Source of the DNA: a bacterium
GTDB lineage: Bacteria; Verrucomicrobiota; Kiritimatiellia; RFP12; UBA1067
DNA: 64,000 bases
Direction of reading: 5' to 3'
NCBI GenBank assembly: GCA_025360845.1
Contig: JANYBJ010000015.1
Location: forward strand, 2,360 to 66,359
In this document: positions 47,940 through 56,805 of the stretch, piece by piece
Layout: every line of letters begins with the position of its first letter
How positions within the stretch are numbered: the stretch's first letter is position 1
Notes under the pieces: generated by a model
Databases searched by the model: none
Told to the model about the DNA's origin: nothing
The model's input: the letters and a program-made list of their open reading frames with translations, nothing else
Program-made: the position numbers and the translations under genes

Positions 47940-48761
47940 ATGAATAACAGGACCACACATACCCGGCGGCGCGGGTTCTCGCTGTTGGAGTTGTTGGCGG
48001 TGATGTCCATCATGGCGATGCTCACCACGATGGCGGTCACCAGCTATTTCAGCGCCATCCGCGGCATGACGCGCCGGAGCGCGGTCAAGCACTTGGCGAA
48101 CACGCTGATCCTCGCGCGCCAGCGTGCCTGCATGGAGGGCACGCGCGTCAGCGTGATGCTGTTCAATGAGGTTACAGGGTATGACGAAGCGACCAAAAAG
48201 GAAAAAATCGCTCCTTCCTATGTGGTCTGCAAAGAGATCGGCCGCATCTCGTTCATCAGCCAGGGCAAATATTATATCGACGAGTTCGCGTCGCTGGACA
48301 AGATGTTCGGAACGGCGGCGATCGACGCGAACTATCTGGGGAGCATCCGGATTTATAACCTCCAGCAAGGGAAGTGGTCCAACGTGTTCCCATCGGTGGC
48401 GGCACGCGAAACCGATATGTCATCCGCTTACGAGTTGGCGCTGACAGGGCAGGAGGTCATGAAGAAGATCCCGATGTTCGGCTTTGTCGTCAACACGAAA
48501 GTGCCCAATGCGAACGCGGCCTCGTGGGCCGTGGGCGACGCGTACGGCATCGAGGCGGTGCCGATCAACTCCTTGCCGCGCGGCTTCCAGTTCGCGGACT
48601 TGCCGCAGTACAACAGCAAGCCGGTGTGCGTCACCTTTAAGCCGGACGGCTCGGCCACCGCGAAAGTGCTCAGCATCCAAGCGATGCAGGCGCCGCTCGG
48701 ACGGTGCAGCATAACCGTAGCGACCGACGGGTCCATCAAGTATGATGAGAAGTGGAAATAG
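47940..48761 (+). CDS. Prepilin-type pseudopilin (GspH-like size)
   Basis: 'RRRGFSLLELLAVMSIMAMLTTMAV'; ATG 47940 (alternative 47919). Confidence 0.75.
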   Translation: MNNRTTHTRRRGFSLLELLAVMSIMAMLTTMAVTSYFSAIRGMTRRSAVKHLANTLILARQRACMEGTRVSVMLFNEVTGYDEATKKEKIAPSYVVCKEIGRISFISQGKYYIDEFASLDKMFGTAAIDANYLGSIRIYNLQQGKWSNVFPSVAARETDMSSAYELALTGQEVMKKIPMFGFVVNTKVPNANAASWAVGDAYGIEAVPINSLPRGFQFADLPQYNSKPVCVTFKPDGSATAKVLSIQAMQAPLGRCSITVATDGSIKYDEKWK

Positions 48762-48765
48762 GCGT

Positions 48766-49212
48766 ATGAAGAGACAGCGTCAACAAGCCGGATTCTCGCT
48801 CATGGAGGTCAACATGGCGGTTTTCGTCATGGCGGTCGGCATCCTGAGCATGGTGGTGCTCTACCCGCTGGGGCTGCGCGAGAGCACGCAGGGGCGGGCG
48901 GACCTCAAGCAGGCGGTCTTTGCGGACGACGTCCTGAACCAAATGGTGGCCCTGCTTTCCCAGACCAATATCACCTGGTCGACGTGGAACAGCATGAGAA
49001 CGGGTTCACAAGGAAAGAAACCGACCGGGTGGACCGAGCCGAAGGGGACGGTCAAATATCAGATCATCTGTCGCCCGGTTGAGGGGTATTCGGAAAAGAT
49101 CATGGGAATTATGGTGCAGTCGACGGAGCAGGAGAAGGCTAATCTCAACCAGTATTCCAATAATCCGGTCTATTATGCGGAGGCCCTGTTCCAGGGTGAT
49201 CCGACGAAGTAG
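48766..49212 (+). CDS. Prepilin-type pseudopilin (GspI-like size)
   Basis: 'QQAGFSLMEVNMAVFVMAVGILSMV'; start 4 nt after previous stop. Confidence 0.75.
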   Translation: MKRQRQQAGFSLMEVNMAVFVMAVGILSMVVLYPLGLRESTQGRADLKQAVFADDVLNQMVALLSQTNITWSTWNSMRTGSQGKKPTGWTEPKGTVKYQIICRPVEGYSEKIMGIMVQSTEQEKANLNQYSNNPVYYAEALFQGDPTK

Positions 49213-49282
49213 GGGCGGTCGCCCGGTCGCCCGCACATGATTTTGTAGGGGCGGGTCTCCGTGCCCGCCCGAAAGGCAAGGG

Positions 49283-49951
49283 ATGAAGGCAAACGCTAAC
49301 AGAACACAGAGCCGCCAGGCCGGGTTCTCGATGATCGAGGTGCTGGTCGCCTCCAGCATTCTGGTCGTGATCGTGATGATGCTCGGGATGCTTTTCCAGC
49401 AGACCAGCCTCGCGTGGCGCACCGGGGTCAAGCGGGCGTCCGGCTATATGCAGGTGCGCGGGGCGATCGGCGCGATCCAGCGCGACGCGTCCGCCGCGGT
49501 TGACGCGCGTTCAATCCCCAAAGCGCTTAAAGACAAACTGGGAGGCGACGCTCAGTCGTTCAGCGGCTCGCTCAAGTTCTACACGCTGAACGGAACCGGC
49601 AGCCGCGATGAGAGCAAGCCGGGGGCGACGCCCCTGCGGGCGCTGACCTACGTGACCTACTCGACCGCGGGAGCGCGGACAGAGGCCGTTCTTGACGCGG
49701 AGGGCAACAGATACGACAAGCCGTCTGCGAACGTTCTGGCCTTCGCCGGGCTGGGAAGCGCCAGCAGCCCGACGCTGGGAAACATGAAAGCCGTATATGG
49801 CGACCTGAACCCGCTGGGCTTGCCGCTGTATATCACCTTTGATGCGAGCGTGAGTTCTTCGGGCGCCAATCTGGACATCGGCGCGGCCTCGGCGGGTCCG
49901 GACAAAATGTGGAACACCAAGGACGACATCAAGACGTGGGTGGATAATTAA
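49283..49951 (+). CDS. Prepilin-type pseudopilin (GspJ-like size)
   Basis: 'RQAGFSMIEVLVASSILVVIVMML'. Confidence 0.75.
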   Translation: MKANANRTQSRQAGFSMIEVLVASSILVVIVMMLGMLFQQTSLAWRTGVKRASGYMQVRGAIGAIQRDASAAVDARSIPKALKDKLGGDAQSFSGSLKFYTLNGTGSRDESKPGATPLRALTYVTYSTAGARTEAVLDAEGNRYDKPSANVLAFAGLGSASSPTLGNMKAVYGDLNPLGLPLYITFDASVSSSGANLDIGAASAGPDKMWNTKDDIKTWVDN

Positions 49952-49959
49952 GCCTACCG

Positions 49960-50180
49960 CCAGCGGAGCTAGAACAAACGTTACGGGTAACTCTGGTAGG
50001 GACGGTTCCCCGAACCGTCCGCGGACGCCTCGGGGAGGCGTCCCTACCGTTGAAGTTATAGGCAAGCCCGCCGCCAGCGGAGCTAGAATAAACGTTACGG
50101 GTAACTCGGGTAGGGCGGTTTCCCCGAACCGTCCGCGGACGCCTCGGGGAGGCGTCCCTACCGTTGAAGTTATCGACAAG
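49960..50180. repeat. Tandem duplication (2 x ~115 bp) each carrying a full REP-like GTAGGGACG compound hairpin
   Basis: '...GCCAGCGGAGCTAGAA[C/T]AAACGTTACGGGTAACTC[T/G]GGTAGGG[A/C]GGTT[C]CCCGAACCGTCCGCGGACGCCTCGGGGAGGCGTCCCTACCGTTGAAGTTAT[AGG/CGA]CAAG' twice in direct succession. Confidence 0.85.
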
Positions 50181-50230
50181 TGAGGCCCGCCGATCATGAG
50201 GGCAGAGGACGGAAAGAGGAGCGCGATTTT

Positions 50231-50746
50231 ATGAAACGGTTATCTTCAACAGTCAATTGGATACAGGGCAATGCGGGCTCTCCGCCCTCCGTCCTCTGTC
50301 CTCCGCCTTCTGACCGCCGCTCTTCCAGGGCCTTTACCCTGATCGAAATGATCGTGGTCATCGGGATGCTCGCGATCCTGATGGGCGTGGCTTTCTCGGG
50401 GATCGGGCAGGCCCGCGCCGCGGCCCGCGTCGCCAAGGCCAATGTGGAGCTGCGCGAGATGGTCAACGCTTGGCTTTCGTACGAGGCGGCGTATGACGAT
50501 TGGCCGGTAACGGTCGATGGCTCGGAGTTGATTGCCACGGCGGAAAACCTGAAAGAGCTGCTGGGTAAAAATCAGGACAACACCGTCTACCTCAACGCGT
50601 CGATGGTCAACGGCGCGTTTCTCGACCCGTGGGGAACCCCTTACAAGTTCCGGCTCGTCAACAAAAAGAACCAGAGCACTTCCAGTGACACAGAGACTTT
50701 TCCCGCGACGGTCACCTTCCCCAACCGCCACCGGTACGCGAGGTGA
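50231..50746 (+). CDS. Prepilin-type pseudopilin (GspG-like)
   Basis: 'SRAFTLIEMIVVIGMLAILMGVAFSG'; RBS 'gaggag' upstream of ATG 50231. Confidence 0.75.
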   Translation: MKRLSSTVNWIQGNAGSPPSVLCPPPSDRRSSRAFTLIEMIVVIGMLAILMGVAFSGIGQARAAARVAKANVELREMVNAWLSYEAAYDDWPVTVDGSELIATAENLKELLGKNQDNTVYLNASMVNGAFLDPWGTPYKFRLVNKKNQSTSSDTETFPATVTFPNRHRYAR

Positions 50747-50827
50747 GGGAGAGGGTGTAAGGTGTTTAGGCTGTTAGCCCGCCGCCTGTAAAGCGGGAAT
50801 GAACGAAGAGGATAACGCTATTTGCCG

Positions 50828-50930
50828 ATTAAGATTACGATCAAGATTAAGATTACGAATGGTCTCGATTCCTCTTAATCCTAATCCTAATCCTAATCTT
50901 AATCTTAATCCGTTTAAGTTATAGGTAGGG
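50828..50930. repeat. AAGATTACGA-type hairpin element with (TAATCC)n/(TAATCT)n arm expansion plus 'CCGTTTAAGTTATAGGTAGG' motif immediately upstream of the GspK-like gene
   Basis: 'GATTAAGATTACGATCAAGATTAAGATTACGAATGGTCTCGATTCCTCTTAATCCTAATCCTAATCCTAATCTTAATCTTAATCCGTTTAAGTTATAGGTAGG'. Confidence 0.7.
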
Positions 50931-50937
50931 TAATCCC

Positions 50938-53823
50938 ATGAGAATCGATTTCCGATACGTACGCGGCGGCAGCGCCCCCTCAAAGAGCGGAGCGCGGGCG
51001 GACAGGGCGCACTTGGATTTTTCAGCCGGTATTCCGGCGGCGGGCGCTGCCCGCGAAAAAGCCCGTGCGCATCGTCCGTCTGCCGAAGCGGGCTCCGCCC
51101 TGCTGATCGTGCTCGGCTTCCTGAGCTTCATGATGATCAGCGCGGTCTCGTTCGCGGTCTACATGCGCATCGAGCGGCAGGCCTCCTCGAATTACCGCCA
51201 CGCGACCACCGCCCGCCATCTGCTGAACGCCGGGCTTTGCCGCGCGATCGACGACGTCGACGAAGAGCTGCGCAACCCGTACGCCAAGTTTCCCAACTGG
51301 CCCGGACGGGTGTCGGTTTCGTACGACAACGGCGGCACCAACAGCATGAACGCGCGGGTGCTGTCGCTGGAGTCGCTGAGCTTCATACCGGGGATTTTCG
51401 TCAACGACGCGCGGCGGTACTCGGTCCCCAACGACGCCACGGCCGGCGCCAAATGGCGCCCGATCAGCATGCCGGCGAACCTGCAGCCGAACGCGGCCGC
51501 TGTCGATGTCGGGCGCTACGCCTTCGTCTGCGTCAACATCTCCGACATGCTGGACGTGAATGTCTGCAAAGCCTCGGTCCGCGACAGCGTCACCAACCGC
51601 GTCAGCATCGGGCACCTGTTCGCCAATGACAATCAGCGAAAGGCTTTCGACGACAAGGTCAAGAACGTTGACTTCCGCTATGAGACCCTTCAGGACTTCT
51701 ACGCCTGCATGTATGAGCGGCGGAAAGACAGCGTCCCCGCGACAATCAGCACGCCCAACACCGACACGCCGTTCGGCAGCCCCTATCACAGCTTCATCAA
51801 CTACAAGGGGGAGAGCAGCGACGCGTTCTTCTTTGACCTTGCGAGTTCGCACATCCTTTGCACCGACAGCATCGTCAAATCCGAGCCCGCGACGGGCGCC
51901 CAGCCCTGCAATATCCGCAAGACGCAGCCGGTGGCGGCCGGCGATTTGGCGCAGACCCGCACGGCGACCGCTGCGCTGCAAGGGGAGTTCCAGACCGCGC
52001 TCGCGAACGCGGTATCGGGCGGGCTGCCAGGCTCCTCGGCGCAGATGATGGCCACCATGATCGCCGATTACATCGATACGGACAGCATTCCCAAGAGCCT
52101 GAACATACCGTCGGTGGAGCGGGTGCCGATGATCAGCCAGATACTGGTGCCGGCCTTTTTCACGCCGACCGTCATCATGGAGAGCGTAGCTGTCCAAGGG
52201 GCCGTTCCGGCGAGAAACAAGAATATCTATTCACTCCAACTCATGGGCAATCCGGCCACAGCCCAGTTGGATGTGGAGCTGGTCTGGCCGTTTAAGAACC
52301 AGAAGGACCGCACGCCGCAACCCTCTTTCAAAGTCTCGGTTGAGGCCTATTTCAGGGTGTTCAAAACGCATGTGGCGAAGACAGCGCAGGGCTTTACGGA
52401 ACCGCCGCTGGCACCCAACTACATAAAGGTGACCGGGACGTCCGCGAATTTCGACTTTTGGAACAAAGACACTACCGATCCGGCGAATTGTTATACCCAC
52501 GTCCCAGTTAAGCTCACCGCGGCCGATGTTTCGAAATTGACCATCAAAATGATCGACAGCGAGGACGGCACGACCGTAAACGGCGCACCCACGGGGTTTA
52601 CCGAAGGCCAGCCGTTCAGCGTCGCGCTGCTGGTGTTTGTGACGGTCCTGTCTGGCACGGACGTGGTTGACAGTGTGCCGCAATTTACTCCGTATCCCGG
52701 GATCGGCGACCCGGTCGCCGAGTTTGTCGGCGTGCCGAAAATCTTTTTCCAGACGGACGGCACGCTAACGGTTCAAAAGACCATGGCCGTCAACAACGAG
52801 CCGATCAAGTATCAATGGACGTGTCTGGAGGTGCCGGACCCGCGCTTCAACTATAAGGCCGGGAACTGGATCAAGAACGATGCTGAGGCTGGCGCCACCA
52901 TCGTACCCAAGATCAACCCGTCGACGGTGGCGCTGCTGGGCAAGGACGGCCGCGACGGCGACATCTATATGTCCGTCTCGGATGTCGGCGTCTTGCAGTC
53001 TCCGGGCGAACTGGGGTTCATCGTGAGGCCGTTCCCGCTCGATGTGAGAGGAGCAGATGTCGACTTCCGCACGCAGGACACGGTCGATAAGGCGCAAGAC
53101 AAGGATTACATGTTCCGCACCATCCGGCTGTACGATCACGGTGCAGCGCTTCCGCACGACAAGATTTACGAGAACTTCACGGCGAATAATCCGGACGGAA
53201 CGGTGCCGGGCGCCCGCGTGAACCCGCTTTCCGACCTCCCGCAGGTGCTCATCGCGGCGGTGGTCAACACGCCGGCGGACTATTATTGGGCAGGCTCCAA
53301 ACTGCAGCCGGGGGGTGGCCCGCCGGAAGCCACCGTGCGCGACTACGTGTTCGACAAGCTTCTGGGCACGTCGTCCTGGTCCGCGTTCACCAACGGCTGG
53401 GTAAAATGCGTGGTCAACGCCAAGAAGACGTCGCCGCTCAACACGGTCATGACGAGCCACCTTTCGGATGTCTACGGAACAGAGAGCAATTTCGGCTGGT
53501 ACTCGAAAGGGGATCCCAAGACAATCTTCAACGGCGGGTTCGCGCCGGCAACCCTCACCGATCCGCTGTACGAGATCGACCGCAAGATGCTCTACTCCTT
53601 CTCCTTGGAGTCCTTCTCGGACCGCCAGCAGCTCTTCCTCTACGTTTTGCGGGCCGAGGCCACGGTGCCCTCGTTCGGCGGCAGCACGGACAGCGGCGTC
53701 AAAACGCTGTCCGGCGGACGTGCGGTCGCGCTGGTCTGGCGCGACCCGTATCCCGCAGAAGGTTCCGTGCCGACCGATTACCACCAGCACCGCATCCTCT
53801 ACTTTAAGCAATTGGACAATTAG
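50938..53823 (+). CDS. Giant (961 aa) GspK-like minor pseudopilin
   Basis: After ~50-aa N-terminal leader, 'GSALLIVLGFLSFMMISAVSFAVYMRIERQAS' resembles the GspK N-terminal hydrophobic helix; very large periplasmic/extracellular remainder. Confidence 0.6.
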   Translation: MRIDFRYVRGGSAPSKSGARADRAHLDFSAGIPAAGAAREKARAHRPSAEAGSALLIVLGFLSFMMISAVSFAVYMRIERQASSNYRHATTARHLLNAGLCRAIDDVDEELRNPYAKFPNWPGRVSVSYDNGGTNSMNARVLSLESLSFIPGIFVNDARRYSVPNDATAGAKWRPISMPANLQPNAAAVDVGRYAFVCVNISDMLDVNVCKASVRDSVTNRVSIGHLFANDNQRKAFDDKVKNVDFRYETLQDFYACMYERRKDSVPATISTPNTDTPFGSPYHSFINYKGESSDAFFFDLASSHILCTDSIVKSEPATGAQPCNIRKTQPVAAGDLAQTRTATAALQGEFQTALANAVSGGLPGSSAQMMATMIADYIDTDSIPKSLNIPSVERVPMISQILVPAFFTPTVIMESVAVQGAVPARNKNIYSLQLMGNPATAQLDVELVWPFKNQKDRTPQPSFKVSVEAYFRVFKTHVAKTAQGFTEPPLAPNYIKVTGTSANFDFWNKDTTDPANCYTHVPVKLTAADVSKLTIKMIDSEDGTTVNGAPTGFTEGQPFSVALLVFVTVLSGTDVVDSVPQFTPYPGIGDPVAEFVGVPKIFFQTDGTLTVQKTMAVNNEPIKYQWTCLEVPDPRFNYKAGNWIKNDAEAGATIVPKINPSTVALLGKDGRDGDIYMSVSDVGVLQSPGELGFIVRPFPLDVRGADVDFRTQDTVDKAQDKDYMFRTIRLYDHGAALPHDKIYENFTANNPDGTVPGARVNPLSDLPQVLIAAVVNTPADYYWAGSKLQPGGGPPEATVRDYVFDKLLGTSSWSAFTNGWVKCVVNAKKTSPLNTVMTSHLSDVYGTESNFGWYSKGDPKTIFNGGFAPATLTDPLYEIDRKMLYSFSLESFSDRQQLFLYVLRAEATVPSFGGSTDSGVKTLSGGRAVALVWRDPYPAEGSVPTDYHQHRILYFKQLDN

Positions 53824-53947
53824 TGGTTTAATTTTCTAACTTTCCCCTTGCGCGTGACAGGTTTGATGGCGTAATCTATGACATTGATTGAATTCGCCTA
53901 ATCTTTTAAAAGGTCAGGTGTGTTTGCCAAATTCGGAGACAAGTCCT

Positions 53948-55129
53948 ATGATGTCGACTAGACTGCGGTTGAAAAGGGCCGCCTATACGGGTATTTTCGG
54001 AGTATTCGTAGGGGCGCTACAGGGCGGTGCGCAGGCGGCGGATTCGATTGTTCCCTCGGCCTGGAACGTGACGCCTGCTGTCAACGGGGCGTATCGCGAA
54101 GCGTTCGACTCGACGCTGCCCCCGTGGGCCAGCGGCGGATCCACCGAAGTCACCGCCAGCTTTGTTCCTTCGATTTCGGTTATGCCGGTACGCCCCAATG
54201 TGTGGTTCGACGCCAGCGCCAAGGTGCTGCGGCTCAACACGGAGGACGTGACGGTCACCAACACGCTGACCTCTAATCCCGCCGGCCCGGTCCAATTCGG
54301 TGCCGCGCCGGTCTATTTGGACTTTCGCGTCAAGTTCGACACCATGACCGGGGCTCCGAACCCGGCTTTGCTGGACAACGTCAAGCTGGCGATATACGTC
54401 TCCTCGGACGCCAAGCTGGTCGCGGTGCATAAGGACGGCTCGCGCACGAACAACACGGCGCTGGATCCAGACATCTGGCACCAGGTCACGGTCAAAATGT
54501 ACGGCACCCAATTCGACGTGCTGATGAACGATGTGCCGGTGTTTACGGGCTTGAGCCTAAAAACCGGGGGCGCGGCCAACACGCTGGAGGCCGTCAGCTT
54601 TAACGGCACCGGCCTGATCGATGAGCTGTATGTCAGCCACGGCAATCCGGCTTACCCCGGGGTGATGGGAGCGGTTCCGGCCACAGTGGTCAACTTCCCC
54701 GGCACTGGCGGATCGGCCGTGACTAACTGGCTCGCGAATTACTTCAATGACGGCCGTCTGTCCGGGACGGCGAACTTTGGCGGCTTCACCTCTGCCCAAC
54801 TTGACGCGGCCTACCTGCTGGGCGAACTGGGCGGCGATGCGAACACCCCGGTGCCGGTCGCATATGATTTCGGCATCTCGAAGATCGACATGGCCTCGCC
54901 GACCTCCCTCATCATCACGCTTTCGCTCACGACGAAAGGCGCGGACAAGAGCGGCCCGATCAACGGCAAGATCCAGTTGTTGGGCAAGATCAACATCGGC
55001 GACGGATGGACCACGCTCGGCGGCGCGGTCACGCCGTCGTACGCAGACTTTACGGCCGGGAAAGCGACCTACACCTTCACCATCCCGGAAGGCGGCTTCA
55101 CGTTCTTCAAACCGCAGATCGTGCCTTAA
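53948..55129 (+). CDS. Secreted LamG/ConA-like jelly-roll protein (paralog 2)
   Basis: RBS 'ggag' then ATG 53948; signal 'GIFGVFVGALQGGAQA'; 'VKLAIYVSSDAKLVAVHKDG...IWHQVTVKMYGTQFDVLMNDVPVF...SFNGTGLIDELYV' parallels 42749..43903. Confidence 0.65.
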   Translation: MMSTRLRLKRAAYTGIFGVFVGALQGGAQAADSIVPSAWNVTPAVNGAYREAFDSTLPPWASGGSTEVTASFVPSISVMPVRPNVWFDASAKVLRLNTEDVTVTNTLTSNPAGPVQFGAAPVYLDFRVKFDTMTGAPNPALLDNVKLAIYVSSDAKLVAVHKDGSRTNNTALDPDIWHQVTVKMYGTQFDVLMNDVPVFTGLSLKTGGAANTLEAVSFNGTGLIDELYVSHGNPAYPGVMGAVPATVVNFPGTGGSAVTNWLANYFNDGRLSGTANFGGFTSAQLDAAYLLGELGGDANTPVPVAYDFGISKIDMASPTSLIITLSLTTKGADKSGPINGKIQLLGKINIGDGWTTLGGAVTPSYADFTAGKATYTFTIPEGGFTFFKPQIVP

Positions 55130-55140
55130 GGAGATACGAA

Positions 55141-55929
55141 ATGAAAAAAACACTCTTCCTTGTTTCAGGACTCCTTTTGGGCGCGTCGGCTTTCGGGTCG
55201 GACTTGGCGCAACTGACGCTGTCGATCTCGACCCAGGGTCCCGACTATTACGCTGACGGGCAGCAGGTTCAGGTCGGCGAGACCTACCTCCTGGTCTACG
55301 TCGCTAAGAACGCCGCCTTCCAGGGGTTGTACACGGACGGCACGCTGGTCGATCCGGTGAGCAACAAGATCGCCACCAAGGGCGTTGCGGTCGCCGGAGC
55401 CAAGTGCGGCTTCAAGGCCATCCAGTATCCGGCAGACCTCTATCCGTCCGACGGCTCCTGGGTGATCGTGGCGCTCGATACGCGCACGGCGGATGGCGCG
55501 GTTGGCGGGCTGGTGGCTGGCTTAGGCGCGACCGCGGCCTCGGCGACCGGCGCTTCGACGAGCCTCCATTCGCTGAACGTGGCGTCGCAGAACAATGGCG
55601 CCCCGACCTTGGCGACCACCGCAGCGACGCAGACGAGCGCGGCCACACCGGTCCCCGAGATCACGGCGGTCAGTCCCAAAGGCGCGAGCGTGGATGTCAG
55701 CTTCAAGAACGTCTCGGCCAGCGCCTTGTACGAGGTGCAGAGCACGACCGATCTTGCCGCCGGGGTGTGGCAGGCCGCAGCGGTTTCGACGCTGGGTCAG
55801 GCACCCGCGACGCGCGTTCAGGCAACCCCGCTGAACACCGTGGGCGAGGGCCAGGCGGCTGAGGTGCGTGCGGCGGTTCAAGTTTCCCCGACGGACAAAG
55901 TGCGCTTTTTCAGGGTTATCGGGCGCTAA
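55141..55929 (+). CDS. Secreted protein of unknown function (Ala/Thr-rich linker, C-terminal beta region)
   Basis: RBS 'aaggag' overlapping previous stop; signal peptide 'LFLVSGLLLGASAFG'. Confidence 0.6.
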   Translation: MKKTLFLVSGLLLGASAFGSDLAQLTLSISTQGPDYYADGQQVQVGETYLLVYVAKNAAFQGLYTDGTLVDPVSNKIATKGVAVAGAKCGFKAIQYPADLYPSDGSWVIVALDTRTADGAVGGLVAGLGATAASATGASTSLHSLNVASQNNGAPTLATTAATQTSAATPVPEITAVSPKGASVDVSFKNVSASALYEVQSTTDLAAGVWQAAAVSTLGQAPATRVQATPLNTVGEGQAAEVRAAVQVSPTDKVRFFRVIGR

Positions 55930-55964
55930 CAGAAGTGGTCCCCAAGCCAGAAAGAGGAAATGAG

Positions 55965-56795
55965 ATGAAGAGAATTTTGATGTTCACGGCAGCGTTGGCC
56001 GTAGCCGTTTGCAGCCGGGCCGCCATCCAGCCGATTGACGGTGCCAATGCCGTCGGGTTTGCCGCGATCACGGCGCCGGGCATCGGCAGCACGATCATTA
56101 CTGTTCCGTTCGAAGCGTGTCTGGGCTCTGGTGCGGCCGGCATGCTTTCGGATCTCGTGGCGACGAACGGCCTGACTTCCGCAGGCGACCCGGCCGCAGC
56201 CGATCAGTTGGTGGTGTTGACGACCAGCGGACCCAGCCAGGTTTACTACTATTACTGGTATCAGACGGGTATCGGCTGGACGAAGATTACCACCGAAAAG
56301 ATCATGCCTGACGGCTCCCTTCAGACACTCACGCCGCCGGAGGCCAATGCGTTCGCCATCGCGCGGGGCTTGGGCTTCTGGATCAAGCGCAGCGCGGTAA
56401 GTGCCACGCCGGTGTATGTCAAAGGGCAGATCTCTTCCGCCCATCAGACCACGGCGATCAACCCCGGGCTCAATCTGGTCGGCTACGCGAGCTTGTCTGA
56501 TTTCACGCTGAACGATTCAGGCATCGACTGGACCGGCGCGTATGGCGGAACCGGGAACACCAAGACCTCGGATAAGATTCTGGTGGTCAACACGGACGGT
56601 ACGTTTACCGAATACTTCTACTTTGTGAAGCCGGATGGTTGGGCTGCGGGGTACAGTGCGTTGGATCACAAGTGGATCACCTCGGGCTACACCTTGGCAA
56701 ACGTGACGATTCCGGCCGGCCAGGGGTTCTGGTATCTCCGGCGCGGAACCGGTTCCTTCCCCTTCCACCTTGATGGTCAGAGAGTAAGCGAATAG
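55965..56795 (+). CDS. Secreted protein of unknown function (aromatic-rich 'YYYYWYQTGIGW' beta protein)
   Basis: Signal peptide 'ILMFTAALAVAVCSRAA'; ATG at 55965 (GTG 55935 possible). Confidence 0.6.
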   Translation: MKRILMFTAALAVAVCSRAAIQPIDGANAVGFAAITAPGIGSTIITVPFEACLGSGAAGMLSDLVATNGLTSAGDPAAADQLVVLTTSGPSQVYYYYWYQTGIGWTKITTEKIMPDGSLQTLTPPEANAFAIARGLGFWIKRSAVSATPVYVKGQISSAHQTTAINPGLNLVGYASLSDFTLNDSGIDWTGAYGGTGNTKTSDKILVVNTDGTFTEYFYFVKPDGWAAGYSALDHKWITSGYTLANVTIPAGQGFWYLRRGTGSFPFHLDGQRVSE

Positions 56796-56805
56796 AGGTT
56801 GTACT

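Noticed and set aside
49960-50180. Possible CRISPR array (direct repeats with spacers)
   Set aside because: Only two repeat units of about 115 bp with internal palindromes and no cas genes. It is better explained as tandem REP/BIME-like units.
45242-51131. Minus-strand ORFs ending in 'RLRLGLGLRGIETIRNL'-like peptides (45242..46816, 47173..47892, 50774..50983)
   Set aside because: They are artefacts created by translating the TAATCT/TAAGATTACGA simple-sequence hairpin elements. The plus strand encodes the pseudopilins.
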